Source: Felis catus (Eukaryota). From it: a DNA stretch of 64,000 nt. The notes beneath the pieces are model-generated. The model did no database searches and was not told the DNA's origin. It worked only from the letters and a program-made list of their open reading frames with translations. Position 1 is the first letter of the stretch, and each line of letters opens with the position of its first letter. The DNA lies in contig NC_058368.1 in NCBI RefSeq assembly GCF_018350175.1, positions 61,258,001 through 61,322,000 of the forward strand. The letters run 5' to 3'. Positions 49,746 to 61,888 of the stretch are shown here, one piece after another. Position numbers and translations under genes: made by a program.

Positions 49746-49960
49746 TGTTATTTTAATTTTTTTTAACATTTATTTATCTTTGAGAGACAGAGGATGAGCA
49801 GAGGAGGGACAGAGAGAGAGGGAGATACAGAATCCAAAGCAGGCTCCAGGCTCTAAGCTGTCAGCACAGAGCCCGACACGGGGCTCGAACCCACGAACTG
49901 TAAGATCATGACCTGAGCTGAAGTTGGACCCTCAACCAACTGAGCCACCCAGGCATCCCC
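49746..49960 (-). mobile_element. Can-SINE
   Basis: Ends AACTGAGCCACCCAGGCATCCCC. TSD ATTTGCATATTT on both sides. Confidence 0.95.
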
Positions 49961-50220
49961 ACATTTGCATATTTGATGAACGTGTGAATGCATGAATGAA
50001 TGGAAGATATGAATACTATATTTAACACCTTAAGTACTCTTCAGTTCTTATTATGGATATATTTAAATAGGGCATAAAATATTTGGCTAAATGACAATAG
50101 CTAGTTTTGTATACCAGTCAACAGATATAATGAGGAATTGTATTAGTAATACGAATCTTCTGCCTTCCTGGTATTCCCTCACTTAAATGCATAGTAGCCT
50201 TTATTAAGAGATGAGGTCTG

Positions 50221-50380
50221 GGGACGCCTGGGTGGCTCTGTTGGTTAAGAGTCAGACTTCGGCCCATATCATGATCCCACAGTTCATGACTTTGAGCCCC
50301 GCATCAGGCTCTCTGCTGTCAGTGCAGAGCCTGCTTCAGATCCTCTGTCCCCCTCTCTCTCTGTCCCTCCACCACTTGAG

Positions 50381-50428
<48 letters not shown>

Positions 50429-50490
50429 GTCTCTCTCTCTCTCCGCCCCCCCTCTATCTCAAAAATAAACATTAATTTTTTTTTTTTAAA
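50221..50490 (+). mobile_element. Can-SINE with expanded (CT)n
   Basis: TSD AAGAGAT(G/A)AGGTCTG at 50206-50220 and 50491-50505. Confidence 0.95.
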
Positions 50491-50638
50491 AAGAGATAAG
50501 GTCTGCCCAGTTGTGCCAGAATATTTCCCATGTTTGCATTATCATAATTTTATTGAACTTATAAGCATAAACCACAGAGCCTAGAATTTTCTCTTTATCT
50601 CAATTATTTTTATTTTCAAATTAAGAAACACAATAATT

Positions 50639-50848
50639 GGGGCATCTGGGTGGCTCAGTCGGTTAAGTGCCTGATTCTTGATTTTGGCTCAGGTCATGAT
50701 CTTGTAGTTCATGAGTTCAAGCCCCATGTCAGGCTTTGTGCTGACAGTGCAGAGTCTGCTTGGGATTCTCTCTCTCTCCCTCTTTCACTGCCCTTCCCCT
50801 GCTTGTGCTCACTCTGTCTCAAAATAAATAAAAACAAACTTTCAGAAA
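50639..50848 (+). mobile_element. Can-SINE
   Basis: Perfect TSD AAGAAACACAATAATT at 50623-50638 and 50849-50864. Confidence 0.96.
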
Positions 50849-51369
50849 AAGAAACACAATAATTAATCTACAACACAAGTATCGAGTAGGAAAAGAGCTA
50901 CTGTGTCATTTACTGGAGAGAAGAGAAATGAATGTTTTAATAAGGACCTAAACTGTTTAAGAAAGTTTTACTATGGCATGGAAATATTGTTACTATTACT
51001 AAGGATTGATTATATTTTATGCCTTCTCTAAAGCTGATTATGTCACATTAAAATTTTTTTTTTCCAAAATCTTTGAGAACATGCAATCAGAATTTTGGTA
51101 TTATATATAATTTGTCATCAATTAAGGTATTTAAACATTTAACATGTATGTATTATATTATGTATCTTCTCAGTTAATACAGTGTTCTAAAACTATTACC
51201 AATAGTAATATTACTATATTATAAACTATTACTAGTGGTCCCTAGTTCCAAATAGTTCCCTAAATTGGCCTGAAATGGGTACTTGATTGAGTGATTACAC
51301 ACACAGCCATATACACAAAAAAACACATAATCACAAATATTTTTAAATTGTATAATTCTTTCCAACACA

Positions 51370-51943
51370 GGGCAGTGGTTTAAGACCTAAATTCAGTTTA
51401 GGTGTATGGGAGTTGTGTTTCCCATCATTCTCTTCTGTGTGTGATACCAGATTAGGTTTGTCAGGAGAGAAATCTGCATAATAAAGCTGCAGTCCGGAAG
51501 CTCTACTGACTGTTGTTAGTTAATCTGTTAGGGATAAGTGCACAGTGGCCTGCCAACTCCAGTTTATTCTTGGCTTTTTGCTTCAACACATGTTCTAATT
51601 CCTAACTGCTGCTTTTGCTGACCAACAATGATTCAGGCCTACCACCGGGTATTTTGCAGCAAAATCACAGGGAGGAGCAACAGAGGGACAACAGAATCCA
51701 TAAACTTCAATAGCTTTCTTCACATTTCCATTCTAGCAGCTATTGCCTCTTGTAAGCTCCATGCTGATAAAAGCTTTCCTCAAATCCTTTTCAGAACTTT
51801 ACATCCCCGTTGAGTTTTCCTCTATTGCATAAGCTCAATTTCAATGAAAAAAAAAAAAAAAACACACACACAAACAACTTTTTCCTGTTACTATTCCATA
51901 AAACTCATAGTGTTCTGCCTCCCTGATTGAACTCTCTGATAGA
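51370..51943 (+). mobile_element. ERVL-class solo LTR (LTR33-like)
   Basis: GCTGACCAACA...CAGGCCTACCACC...AAACTCATAGTGTTCTGCCTCCCTGATTGAACTCTCTGATAGA 3' end. Confidence 0.7.
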
Positions 51944-52359
51944 ATGATGAAATAAAGTGCAGGTTTGTTACAATTTAGATACTATCTATTGGATTTCATA
52001 CATTGATAGTGCCTGTGAAGAGTAAGGAGAAGAGTAAGTTGTGCCTCTTAGAGCCAGTATGTCAAAATAGTGAATTCAGTTTTTATAATTTGATGAAATC
52101 CTTAAAAAAAAAAAAAAAAATCCAATGAGATTAGCTGGGAGTTTCTACAAGACCCAATTTCTAAGATATTCAAGGATCCCCGGTTTTTACCAATAAACCA
52201 GCATGTAGACCTGTATACAATGGACCTAATGCTGATTTGGTGGTTATTCTTGATTGATCAGTGAGGTGGCTAGGTCAATTCTGGTCCATCCATCAGGCTG
52301 CTAGAATAGCCAAGGCAGACCCCATTGTCTCAGGCTTCTCTGACAGCTTGTTTCTAAAG

Positions 52360-52533
52360 CAGTGCCAGCAGACTAGTTTTCATATATATGTATATGAATA
52401 TATGAGCCTCGTGGATCATACAGTTTCTTTTGTTACTACTCAACTCTGCCAGTGTAACATGGAAAAAGTGGTCATAGGCCTAACCTAAACTGATGGTCTT
52501 GGTCAGAATTGGCTTATGCAGTCCACTGCTCTA
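52360..52533. mobile_element. MER58A-like DNA transposon relic
   Basis: CATACAGTTTCTTTTGTTACTACTCAACTCTGCCAGTGTAACATG hallmark. Confidence 0.75.
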
Positions 52534-52989
52534 AAGGATCATTGTAGAAGTTCAAACTTTTTAGTCTTGAAGCCAACATTATAATTTTTGTATGAGTTTC
52601 AACTGTCTAACTATCTAATGATAATCAAACACTTGCAGAACATAGAGACCAAATAAATAATGTAGAAAAGAAAAAAATAAGCCACGCTTTATTATATAAC
52701 TTGTTCTTTTTTAAATAAATAAATTTATTTTAATTTTTATTTTTTAAATTTAAATCCAAGTTAGTTAACATATAGTGTAATATTGATTTCACATACATAT
52801 AACACCCAGTGCTCATCCCAACAAGTGTCCTCTTTAATGCCCCTCACCCATTTAGTTAATTCCCCCACCCAAAACCCCACCATCAACCCTCAGTTTGTTC
52901 TCTGTATTTAAGAGTCTCTTATGGTTTGTCCCCTTCTCTGTTTTATTTTGCTTCCCTTCCTTATGTTCATCTGTTTTGTTTCTTAAATT

Positions 52990-55900
52990 TCACATATGAG
53001 TGAAATCATATTTTTCTTTCTTTAACTGACTTATTTTGCCTAGCATAATACCCTCCAGTTCCATCCACATTGTTGCAAATGGCAAGACTTCATTCTTTTT
53101 CTTTGCTGAGTAATATCAATGGAACATTTATACCACATCTTCTTTATCCATTCATCAGTCGATGGACATTGAGCTCTTTCCATACTTTTGCTATTGTCAA
53201 TAGTGCTGCAATAAACATTGGGGTGCATATGCCCCTTCAGATCAGCACTTCTCTATCCTTTGGATAAATACCTAATGGTGCAATAGCTGGGTCATAGGGT
53301 AATTCTATTTTAAATTTTTTGAGGAACCTCCATACTGTTTTCCAGAGTGTCTGCACCAGTTTGCATTTCCAAAAGCAGTGCAAAAGAGTTCCTCTTTCTC
53401 TGCATCCTTGCCAACATCTGTTGATTCCTGAATTGTTAGTTTTAGCCATCCTGACAGGTGTGAGGTAGTATCTCATTTTAGTTTGATTTGTATTTCCCTG
53501 ATGATGAGTGATGTTGAGCATTTTTTCATGTTTGTTAGTCATCTGGATGTCTTCTTTGGAAAAGATGTCTATTCATGTCTTCTGCCTATTCCGTCACTGA
53601 ATTATTTGTTTTTGGGGCATTGAATTTGATAAGTTCTTTATAGATTTTGGATACTGACCTTTTTTCTGATATGCCATTCGCAAATATCTTCTCCCATTCA
53701 GACAGTTTCCTTTTTCTTTTGCTGATTTTTCTTTGGTGTGCAGAAGCTTTTTATCTTGATGAGGTCCCAATTGTTAATTTTTGCTTTTGTTTCCCTTGCC
53801 TCCAGATGTGTCAAATAAGAAGTTGCTGTGGCTGAGGTCAAAGAGGTCATTGCCTGTTTTCTTTAGGATTTTGATGACTTCTGTCTTATGTTTAGGTGTT
53901 TCATCTATTTTGAGTTTATTTTTGTGCATGGTGTAAGAAAGTGGTCCAGGTTCATTCTTCTGCATGTTGTTGTCCAGCTTTATCAACACCATTTGCTGAA
54001 GAGACTGTCCTTTTTTCCATTGGATATTCTTTCCTGGTTTGTCAAAGATTAGTTGGTCATACATTTGTGGGTCCACTTCTGGATTCTGGATTCTGTTTCT
54101 TTGACCTATGAGTCTATTTTTATGCCAGTACAATACTGTCTTGATGATTTCAGCTTTGAAATGAAGCTTGATGTCCGGAATTGTGATACTTCCAAATTTG
54201 GTTTTCTTTTTTAGAATTGCTTTGGCTATTCAGGGTCTTTTCTGGTTCCTTAAAACATTTAGGATTGTTTTTTTCTAACTCTGTAAATAGTGCTTGTGTT
54301 ATTTCGATAGGGATTGAATTGAATATGTAGATTGCTTTCGGTAGTATTGACATTTTAACAATATTTTTTCTTCCAATCCATGAGCATTGGATATCTTTCC
54401 ATTTTGTGTGTGTGTGTCTTCTTCAGTTTCTTTCCTAAGCTTTCTATAGTTTTCAGTGTATAGATTTTTCACTGCTTTAGTTAGGTTTATTCCTAGGCAT
54501 TTTATGGGTTTTGGTGTAATTGTAAATGGGATTGATTCCTTGATTTATCTTTCTGATGTTTCATTTTTGGTGTATAGAAATGCAACTGATTCCTTCCTGT
54601 ATATTCATTTTATATACTGTGACTTAGCTGAATTCATGTATCAGTTTTAGCAGGTTTTTTTGTGGAGTTTTTTGGGTTTTCCACATGGAGTATCATGTCG
54701 TCTGTGAAGAGTGAAAGTTTGACTTCCTCCTTGCCAATTTGGATGCCTTTTATTTTGGTGTCTGATTGCCGAGGCTAAGACTTCCAACACTATGTTGAAT
54801 AACAGTGGTGAGAATGGACATCCTTGTCGTGTTCCTGACTTAGCGGGAAAGTTCTCAATTTTTCACCATTGAGGATGATATTAGCTGTGTGTATACAGCC
54901 TTTACGATCTTGAGGTATGATCCTTCTATCTCTGCTTTTTGAGGGTTTTTATCAACAAAGGGTGCTATATTTTTTCAAATCCTTTTTCTGAATCTATTGA
55001 GAGTTTCATGTGGTTCTTATCCTTTATTAATGTGATGTATCACATTGATTTGCATATATTGAACCAGCCCTGCATCCCAGGAATAAATCCCACTTGATCC
55101 TGGTGAATAATTCTTTTAAAGTATTGTTGGATCCAGTTTGCTAGCATATTCTTGAGAATTTTAACATTCATGTTCATCAGGGAAATTGGTCCGTAGTTCT
55201 CCTTTTGAGTGGGGTCTTTGGCTTTAGAATAAAGATAATGCTGACCTCATAGAATGAGTTTAGAAGATTCCCTTCTATTTCTATTTTTTGGGACATCTTA
55301 AAAGAATAGGTGTTAACTCTTGTTTAAATGTTTGGTAGAATTCCCTGGAAAGCCATCCAGCCCTGGATTCTTGTTTGTTGGAAGATTTTTGTTTACTGAT
55401 TCAATTTCTTTACTGGTTATGGGTCTGTTCAAATTTTCTATGTCTTTCTGTTTCAGTTTTGGTAGTTTATATGTTTCTAGGAATTTATCCATTTCTTCCA
55501 GATTGCCCAATTTGTTGGTGTGTAATTGCTCATATTATTCTATTGTTTGTATTTCTATAGTGTTGGTTATGATCTTGCCTCTTCCATTTGTGATTTTACT
55601 TATTTGGGTCCTTTCCTTTTCTTTTTGATAAGTCTGGATAGGGGTTTATGAATTTCTGTTAATTCTTTCAAAGAACCAGCTCTTGATTTCATTGATCTGT
55701 TCTACTGTTTTTTGCTTGTTTGTTTTTTGTTTGTTAGTTTGTTTCCTTTATTTCAGTATCATTGATTTGTGATGTAATCTTTATCATTTCCTTTCTGCTG
55801 GTTTTTGGATTTATTTGCTTTTCTTTCTCCAGCTCTTTTAGGTGTAAGGTTAGGTTGTGTATTTGAGACCTTTGTTTTCTTTAGAAAGGGCTGAATTGCT

Positions 55901-56775
55901 AAATACTTTCCTCTTATGACCACCTTTGCAGCATCCCAGAGGTTTTGGGCTAGTATGTTTTCATTTTCATTGGCTTCCATGTATGTTAAATTTCCTCTTT
56001 AATTTCTTGGTTAACCCATTCATTCTTTATTGGAATGTTATTTAATCTCCGAGTATTCATGGTCTCTCCAATTATTTTCTTGTGGTTGATTTGAGTTTCA
56101 TAGCATTGTGGTGTGAAAATATGCAAGGTATGATCTCAATATTTTTGTGCTCTTTAAGGGCTGAATTGTGACCCAGTGTGTGATCTAGTCTGGTGAATGT
56201 TCCATGTATACTCCAGAAGAATGTGTATTCTGCTGCTTTAGGATGGAATGTTCTGAATATATCTGTTAAGTCCATCTGGTCCAGTGTGACATTCAAAGCC
56301 ATTGTTTCCTTGTTGATTTTCTGCTTACATGATCTGTCCATTGTTGTAAGAGTACTACTATTATGATATTATTGTCAATGAGTTTCTTTATGTTTGTGAT
56401 TAATTGATGCATATATTTGTGTTGTTCCATGTTGGGGGCATAAATATTTACAAATTTTAGACCTTCATAGTGGATATACCCCTTAATTATGGTATAGTGC
56501 CCTTTTTCATCTCTTGTTACAGTCTTTATTTTAAACTCTAGTTTGTCTGATATAAGTATGGCTACTCCAGCTTTCTTTTATGACCATTAGCATGATAGAT
56601 GGTTCTCCATGCTCTTACTTTCAATCTGAAGGTATCTTTAGGTCTAAAATGAGTCTCTTACAAGCAGCATATAGATGGGTCTTGTTTTCTTATCCATTCT
56701 GATACCCTGTGTCTTTGATTGGAAGATTTAGTCCATTGACATTTAGAGTACTGAAAGATGTTAATTTAGTGCCAT
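52990..56775 (-). pseudogene. L1 ORF2 (endonuclease-reverse transcriptase), disrupted
   Basis: ATG at 56775-56773. EN peptide QMDLTDIFRTFHPKAAEYTFF, MDKFLETYKLPKL, RT LFTDDM (54697-54708 for FTDD), C-terminal [14 protein letters not shown] and ELPYDPAI. Fragmented by stops and frameshifts. 3' end approximate. Confidence 0.93.
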
Positions 56776-56799
56776 TGTGTTGCTTTTGCAGAGTTGGTT

Positions 56800-57781
56800 T
56801 TTCTGGTGCTGCTCCCTGGTCTTTTCTACTCTTTGTTGCTTTTGGTCTTTTTTGTTTTGTTTTCTCTTTTCTCCACTTGAAGTATCTCCCTTAAAATTTT
56901 TGGCAGGGCTGGTTTAGAGGTCATGGAATCCTTTAGTTTTTGTTAGTCTGAGAAACTCTTTTTTGTCTCCTATTTTGAATGACAGTCTTTCTGGGTAAAG
57001 AAACTTGGATGCATATTTTTCCAATACAGCATGTTGAATATATCCTGCCACTCCATTCTGGCCTGCCAAGTCTCTGTGGATAGGTCTGCTGCAAACCTTA
57101 TCTATCTTCCCTTATAGGATAAGGATTTATTTGTTTCCCCCCGATGCTTTCATAATTCTTTCCTTTTCTGTGTATTTTGTAAATTTGACTATGATATGCC
57201 TTGGTGATGGCCAGGTTTAGGTAAACCTAATGGGAATTTTCTGTGCTTCTTGGATTTTGGTGTCTGTGTCCTTCCCCAGAAAAGGAATGTTTTCCACTAT
57301 AATTTGCTCACATAAACCTTCTATCCCTTTTTCTCTCTCTTCATATTCTAGGACTTCTATTTGGGTGTTATGCCTTTTTAATAAGTCACTGAGTTCTCTA
57401 AGTCTTATATTGTGAACTTTTGCCTTTGTTTCCCTCTTTTTTTTTTTTCTGCTTCATTCTCTGTAATTTTATCTTCTATACCACTGATTCACTGCCCTAC
57501 TTCATCCATTCTTGCCATCATAGCAACCATTCAACATAGCATTCATTCAAGATTGCATCTTGGTTATAGCATTTTTAATTTTGGCCTGACTAGATTTTAT
57601 GTCCTTTATCTCCATAGAAAGGAATTCTCTGGTGTTATCAATGCTTTTTTCAACCCCAGCTAGTATTCTTATTCTCGTGGTTCTAAATTCTAGTTCAGAC
57701 ATCTTGCTTATATCTGTATTAAGTCTGTGGCTGTCATTTCTTCCTGTTCTTTTTTGGGGGTGAATTCCTTCATTTTGTCAC
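56800..57781 (-). pseudogene. L1 ORF1 (RNA-binding protein), disrupted
   Basis: Starts GTG-ACA-AAA-TGA-AGG-AAT-TCA..., reading (M)TK*RNSPPKKEQEEMTATD, i.e. start codon lost and an early stop. 3' end approximate. Confidence 0.8.
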
Positions 57782-58830
57782 TTTGGAGGAAGAAAAAATT
57801 AATTAAAATTAAAATTAAAAATCTGAACACAAAACAAAAAATCAAATAAAGGAAGCTAGGTCCTAGGTGTGTTTGGTCTGCTTGTTGAAAGAACCTGGTA
57901 GAATAGAGAAAAAAGGGAAAGAAAAAAAAACAGGTAAGAAAAACTTTAAAAATAACATTTATATAATAAATGTTTATAGAATAAAAGAAAAGAAAATGAA
58001 ATAGAATAAAAAATTTTAAAAATAAAAACTAAAGTGAAAAAAGAAACAAAAATATTTTTTTTCTTTCTGTATCCAAGAAAGAGGAAGAAAAGAGAAAAAG
58101 AAAAAATAAGGCAATTTAAGCAAAAACAGAAGCAAAGGAAATGAACAAATAAATGAACCAGCAAATAGAAGTTATATCCAGTTTCCCCTATAATTGAAAT
58201 TATGAAGCACTCTGCAGTTCATACACTAAGCAGATGGAGTGACTTGTGCTGGCTGGTCTTCTGGGTGATGTGCTTGAAAGGTGTGGTTGGGTGGGGCTTG
58301 GTGTAATGGCTCTATTATCCACTAGTGGCACTGCTTAGCTTACTGGTGTGGATCAGTGTGCCTGTCTGCACGTGTGTGGGCGAGAGAGGTGGGAATGGCT
58401 TCATCCAGCTCTCCAGTCTCTGGCACAGGAACTCTATGCTCTCACAGACCTGTGATCAAGTACCCCTTCTTTTGTCCCCAGCCTGTTTCCACTCCTCGCC
58501 TCTACCCTGCCTGTGTCCAAGCTGTCTGCCTGCTGGGTTCACTTTCCTCCAGCAGGGGTTGTGTTTCAGAACCCCACACGAAAGACCCCTGTAGCTTGGA
58601 CCTGCACCGACTCTCTGGGGGAGGTCTGGGGGAGGCTGTCTGGGGATTGTGCACACATATCTGCTGAGTTCTGAGACACAAGTTATGCAGATTGTTGTGT
58701 TAATCCTCAGATCAATTTCCTAGGTGTTCAAAATGCTTTGGTGCTGATCTAACTGGATTTCAGGGAGGAGACCAGCTCAGTGTCTCTATGCTGCTCTGCC
58801 ATCTTAAGTCCTAGCTAACTTGTTTTTGTT

Positions 58831-59058
58831 TTTGTTTTTTTTTAATTTTTTTTAATGTTTATTTATTTTTGAGACAGAGAGAGACAGAGAGTGAACAGAG
58901 GGGAGGGGCAGAGAGAGAGGGAGACACAGAATCTGAAACAGGCTCCAGGCTCTGAGCTGTCAGCACAGAGCCCGACGCGGGGCTCGAACTCATGGACCAT
59001 GAGATCATGACCTAGGCTGAAGTCGGATGCATAACCGACCAAACCACCCAGGCGCCCC
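58831..59058 (-). mobile_element. Can-SINE (SINEC_Fc-like) inserted at the L1 flank
   Basis: Perfect TSD TAACTTGTTTTTGTT at 58816-58830 and 59059-59073. Confidence 0.96.
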
Positions 59059-59497
59059 TAACTTGTTTTTGTTGATAGTGTGATGGATAAAGTCTTAAAT
59101 GAGGTCTTCAGTTAGGATGAATATTTTAGAGGTGACGAAAAAGAAAATGCATGAGCAAAATCTATTGTTTTCATATTAATCAATCAAAAACTGACATTAA
59201 TTTTAAAAATACTAAAGTTTATCCATAATGTATATTCAGCTAAAAAGCCATAAAACACAAAATCCCAAGCTAAGAACACAAAATTCCAAGCTAAGAAGTA
59301 ATTAAGTGGTTACTAGCATTCAGAAAAAAGACAAAAGGAGATCAGTGATTGAACTCTCAAGATTTAGTTCACATGTTATTTGAATAAAAATTTCTGAATA
59401 TTATTTTAGCTAAAAATTCAAAGATAATGTGAAGATTTTATTTCATTTGTATCAATACACTGCTTACTGAAAATAAAATTAATCTTTCAACTGTTGA

Positions 59498-59730
59498 TTT
59501 TTTTAAGACTATAGAGCAGTTTTAGGTTCACAGCAAAATTGAGGGGAATGTACAGAGATGCCCCATCAACTTTCTTCCTCCACATATGCATCATCACCCC
59601 CTCTATCAGTATTTTCCACCAGGGTGGTACATGAGTTACAACTGATAAACCTGTAATGGCACATCATTATCACCCAAAGACTATAGTTTACATTCTGGTT
59701 TACTCTTGGTGCTGTATACCATTGACTTGT
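59498..59730 (-). mobile_element. L1MC-like 3' end fragment
   Basis: TAGAGCAGTTTTAGGTTCACAGCAAAATTGA...CACATCATTATCACCCAAAG hallmark. Confidence 0.85.
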
Positions 59731-60163
59731 AAAATTTGAATTTGTTTAACTCATTTGAGATCCTGGTTTGCTGTTCACTATGTTTAATAATATGAACCTC
59801 TTGAGAAGCCTTTTGTCTCAGCTCTTTAAATGCTGAGTAAATAACATAGGATGTCTCCTGATGCAGCAACTTTACTGCAAATGGCAATATTTTTGGATTT
59901 AAAAGAGAATTTAAAGATTATGTAATCTAAATCATTACATAATTTAAGAATCTCTTTTATATAACACAACTTTAAGGTATAGCTATCTAGGCTTAATTTT
60001 TAATTCTTTAAATATAAACAATTCATTGTCTTTGTCTATGAGTAAAAGATGGAGACAGCATTATATTTTTCTAAGCTTCCTTTTTCTAGTTCTGTTCTTT
60101 GGAATAATGTAATGTTAATCTTACCCTATTTATATAATTATCTATCATCTGTCTCTCACATCA

Positions 60164-60348
60164 TTTTTTTTTTAATGTTTATTTATTTTGAGAGAGAGAG
60201 AGAGAGAAAGTGAGCAGTGGAGGCACAGAGAGAGAGGAGGGAGGGAGAGAATCCCAAGAAGGCTGTGCACTGTCAGGATTTGTGAGATTATGACCTGAGC
60301 AGAAATCAAGCATCAGATGCTTAAGTGACTGAGCCATTCAGGTTTCCC
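60164..60348 (-). mobile_element. Can-SINE with internal deletion
   Basis: Ends GACTGAGCCATTCAGGTTTCCC. The B-box region is missing. Confidence 0.9.
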
Positions 60349-60803
60349 AAATCATCTTTGGATCTATGCATCCATCTATTATAATTCCTATGACAACAGA
60401 TTTTTCCATAATGATTTTTACCATCCTGCCTCTTCTCTTTCTTTGATATTTTAGGTCTTTGGAAATGAACGCTTATAATCCCTTTATCTATGTGAGAAAA
60501 CCTCTTTTCCTGAATGCTTTGAGTGGATATTCTTTAGAGATATGTATCTAAAACACAATTAAGCCCTCTAAAATATAAAAAGAGTATTTAGTGTCATTTC
60601 TAGTAATTTCATAAGTCGTCTATGTCTTCTGTAAGAACATGATTTAATCCTTGATATTATTCTTTTCCTAAACTTCTCTACTTGTTTATGGCTGATACCC
60701 TTGCAAGGTCTTTAATCTTGACAAAGATACCTGATTATAAAACTTAGCCTAAGAAGGTAAGAAGTGGGGAGGGGAACAACAACAACAAAAGCAGCTAAGA
60801 AGT

Positions 60804-60896
60804 GGGGTGCCTGGCTGACTCAGTTGGTAGAGCATGTGACTTTTGGTGTCAGTGTTATAAATTCAAGTGCCTTGTTGGGTATAGAGATTACTTAAA

Positions 60897-60935
<39 letters not shown>

Positions 60936-60970
60936 GTAATAATAATGTTAAACTTTAAAAAAAAGAGAAG
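60804..60970 (+). mobile_element. Short old Can-SINE lacking the CT-rich body, with (TAA)n tail
   Basis: GGGGTGCCTGGCTGACTCAGTTGGTAGAGCATG...GGGTATAGAGATTACTTAAAA. Degenerate TSD AAAAGCAGCTAAGAAGT / AAAAGAACCTAACAAGT. Confidence 0.88.
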
Positions 60971-61289
60971 AAAAGAACCTAACAAGTTGTTTTACACCTT
61001 TGACCAGGTATTCCAGACAAGGAATTGCAGAAAAAATTCTTGGCTGCAATTTTTTTTTTTCGAACTAGCCCAGAGGATTCATGAATCCCCCACACTGCTA
61101 AAGTCCTTGCTCTTATGTTAATTTCAGTCTTATTTTATTCTTTTATAATAATTTCCTTGTTTTGTCTGTACTTAAATGCCACATCCATGATTTAATCTTT
61201 TAATGCAATAATTTCTAAATTTTTAAGGATTGTTGTAAGTTGATGGAATCACATGAATAAACTGCAATAATTTAGAAGTAATATATGTT

Positions 61290-61513
61290 GGGGCACCTGG
61301 TTGGCTCAGTCGGTTAAGCATCTGACTTTGGCTCAGATCATGATCTCATGGTTCATATTCAGGCCCTGCATCAGGCTCTGTGCTGACAGCTCAGAGTGCA
61401 GAGCCTGCTTTGGATTCTGTGTCTTCCTCTCTCTCTGCCCTTCCCCCCACTCACGTTCTGTCTCTTGCTCTCTCCCCCCTCCCCCCCATAAATAAATAAG
61501 CATTAAGAAAAAA
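61290..61513 (+). mobile_element. Can-SINE
   Basis: TSD AGAAGT(A/T)ATATATGTT at 61274-61289 and 61514-61529. Confidence 0.95.
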
Positions 61514-61532
61514 AGAAGTTATATATGTTATC

Positions 61533-61888
61533 TCCTAGGGACTAAATGTTTGTGTCTTCCAAACTCTCCCCCACCCCAGCATGTGATTAAATTAAGAAGT
61601 GGGGCTTTTGTGAGAAAATTAGGATTAGATGAGGTCAAGAAAGTAGAGCCCTAATTAATGGAATTAGTGCCCTTATAAGATTCAGAAGAGAGCTTGCTTT
61701 CTCTCTCTGCTCCCTGCCATCTGAGGATACAAGAAGTAGGCAGTCTGCAACCTGGAGTTCTCACCAGAATCTCACTATGCTGGTCACCTGATCTCAGACT
61801 TCCATCCTTTTTTAAGAAGTAAATTTCTCTTGTTTATAAACCACCCATTTTATCATATTTTGCTATAGCAGCCTGAGCTAATCAAGAA
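61533..61888 (+). mobile_element. MaLR solo LTR (MLT1A-like)
   Basis: GGACTAAATGTTTGTGTC...ATGGAATTAGTGCCCTTATAAGA...TTGCTATAGCAGCCTGAGCTAA hallmark. Confidence 0.9.

Larger units (their letters stand above)
52709..58811 (-). mobile_element. Full-length carnivore LINE-1 (~6.1 kb), inactive
   Basis: 5' end GGACTTAAGATGGC (YY1-type motif), GC-richer 5' UTR, ORF1, ORF2, 3' UTR and poly(A) tail (T-rich at ~52709-52745). Degenerate TSD TATATAACTTGTTCTT / TAGCTAACTTGTTTTT. Confidence 0.95.

Noticed and set aside
52990..57781. Possibility of an active L1
   Set aside because: ORF1 start is mutated with an early stop, and ORF2 is broken into many short fragments.
60804..60880. tRNA-like sequence
   Set aside because: tRNA-derived SINE head with A-rich tail and TSD; cloverleaf and B box are degenerate.
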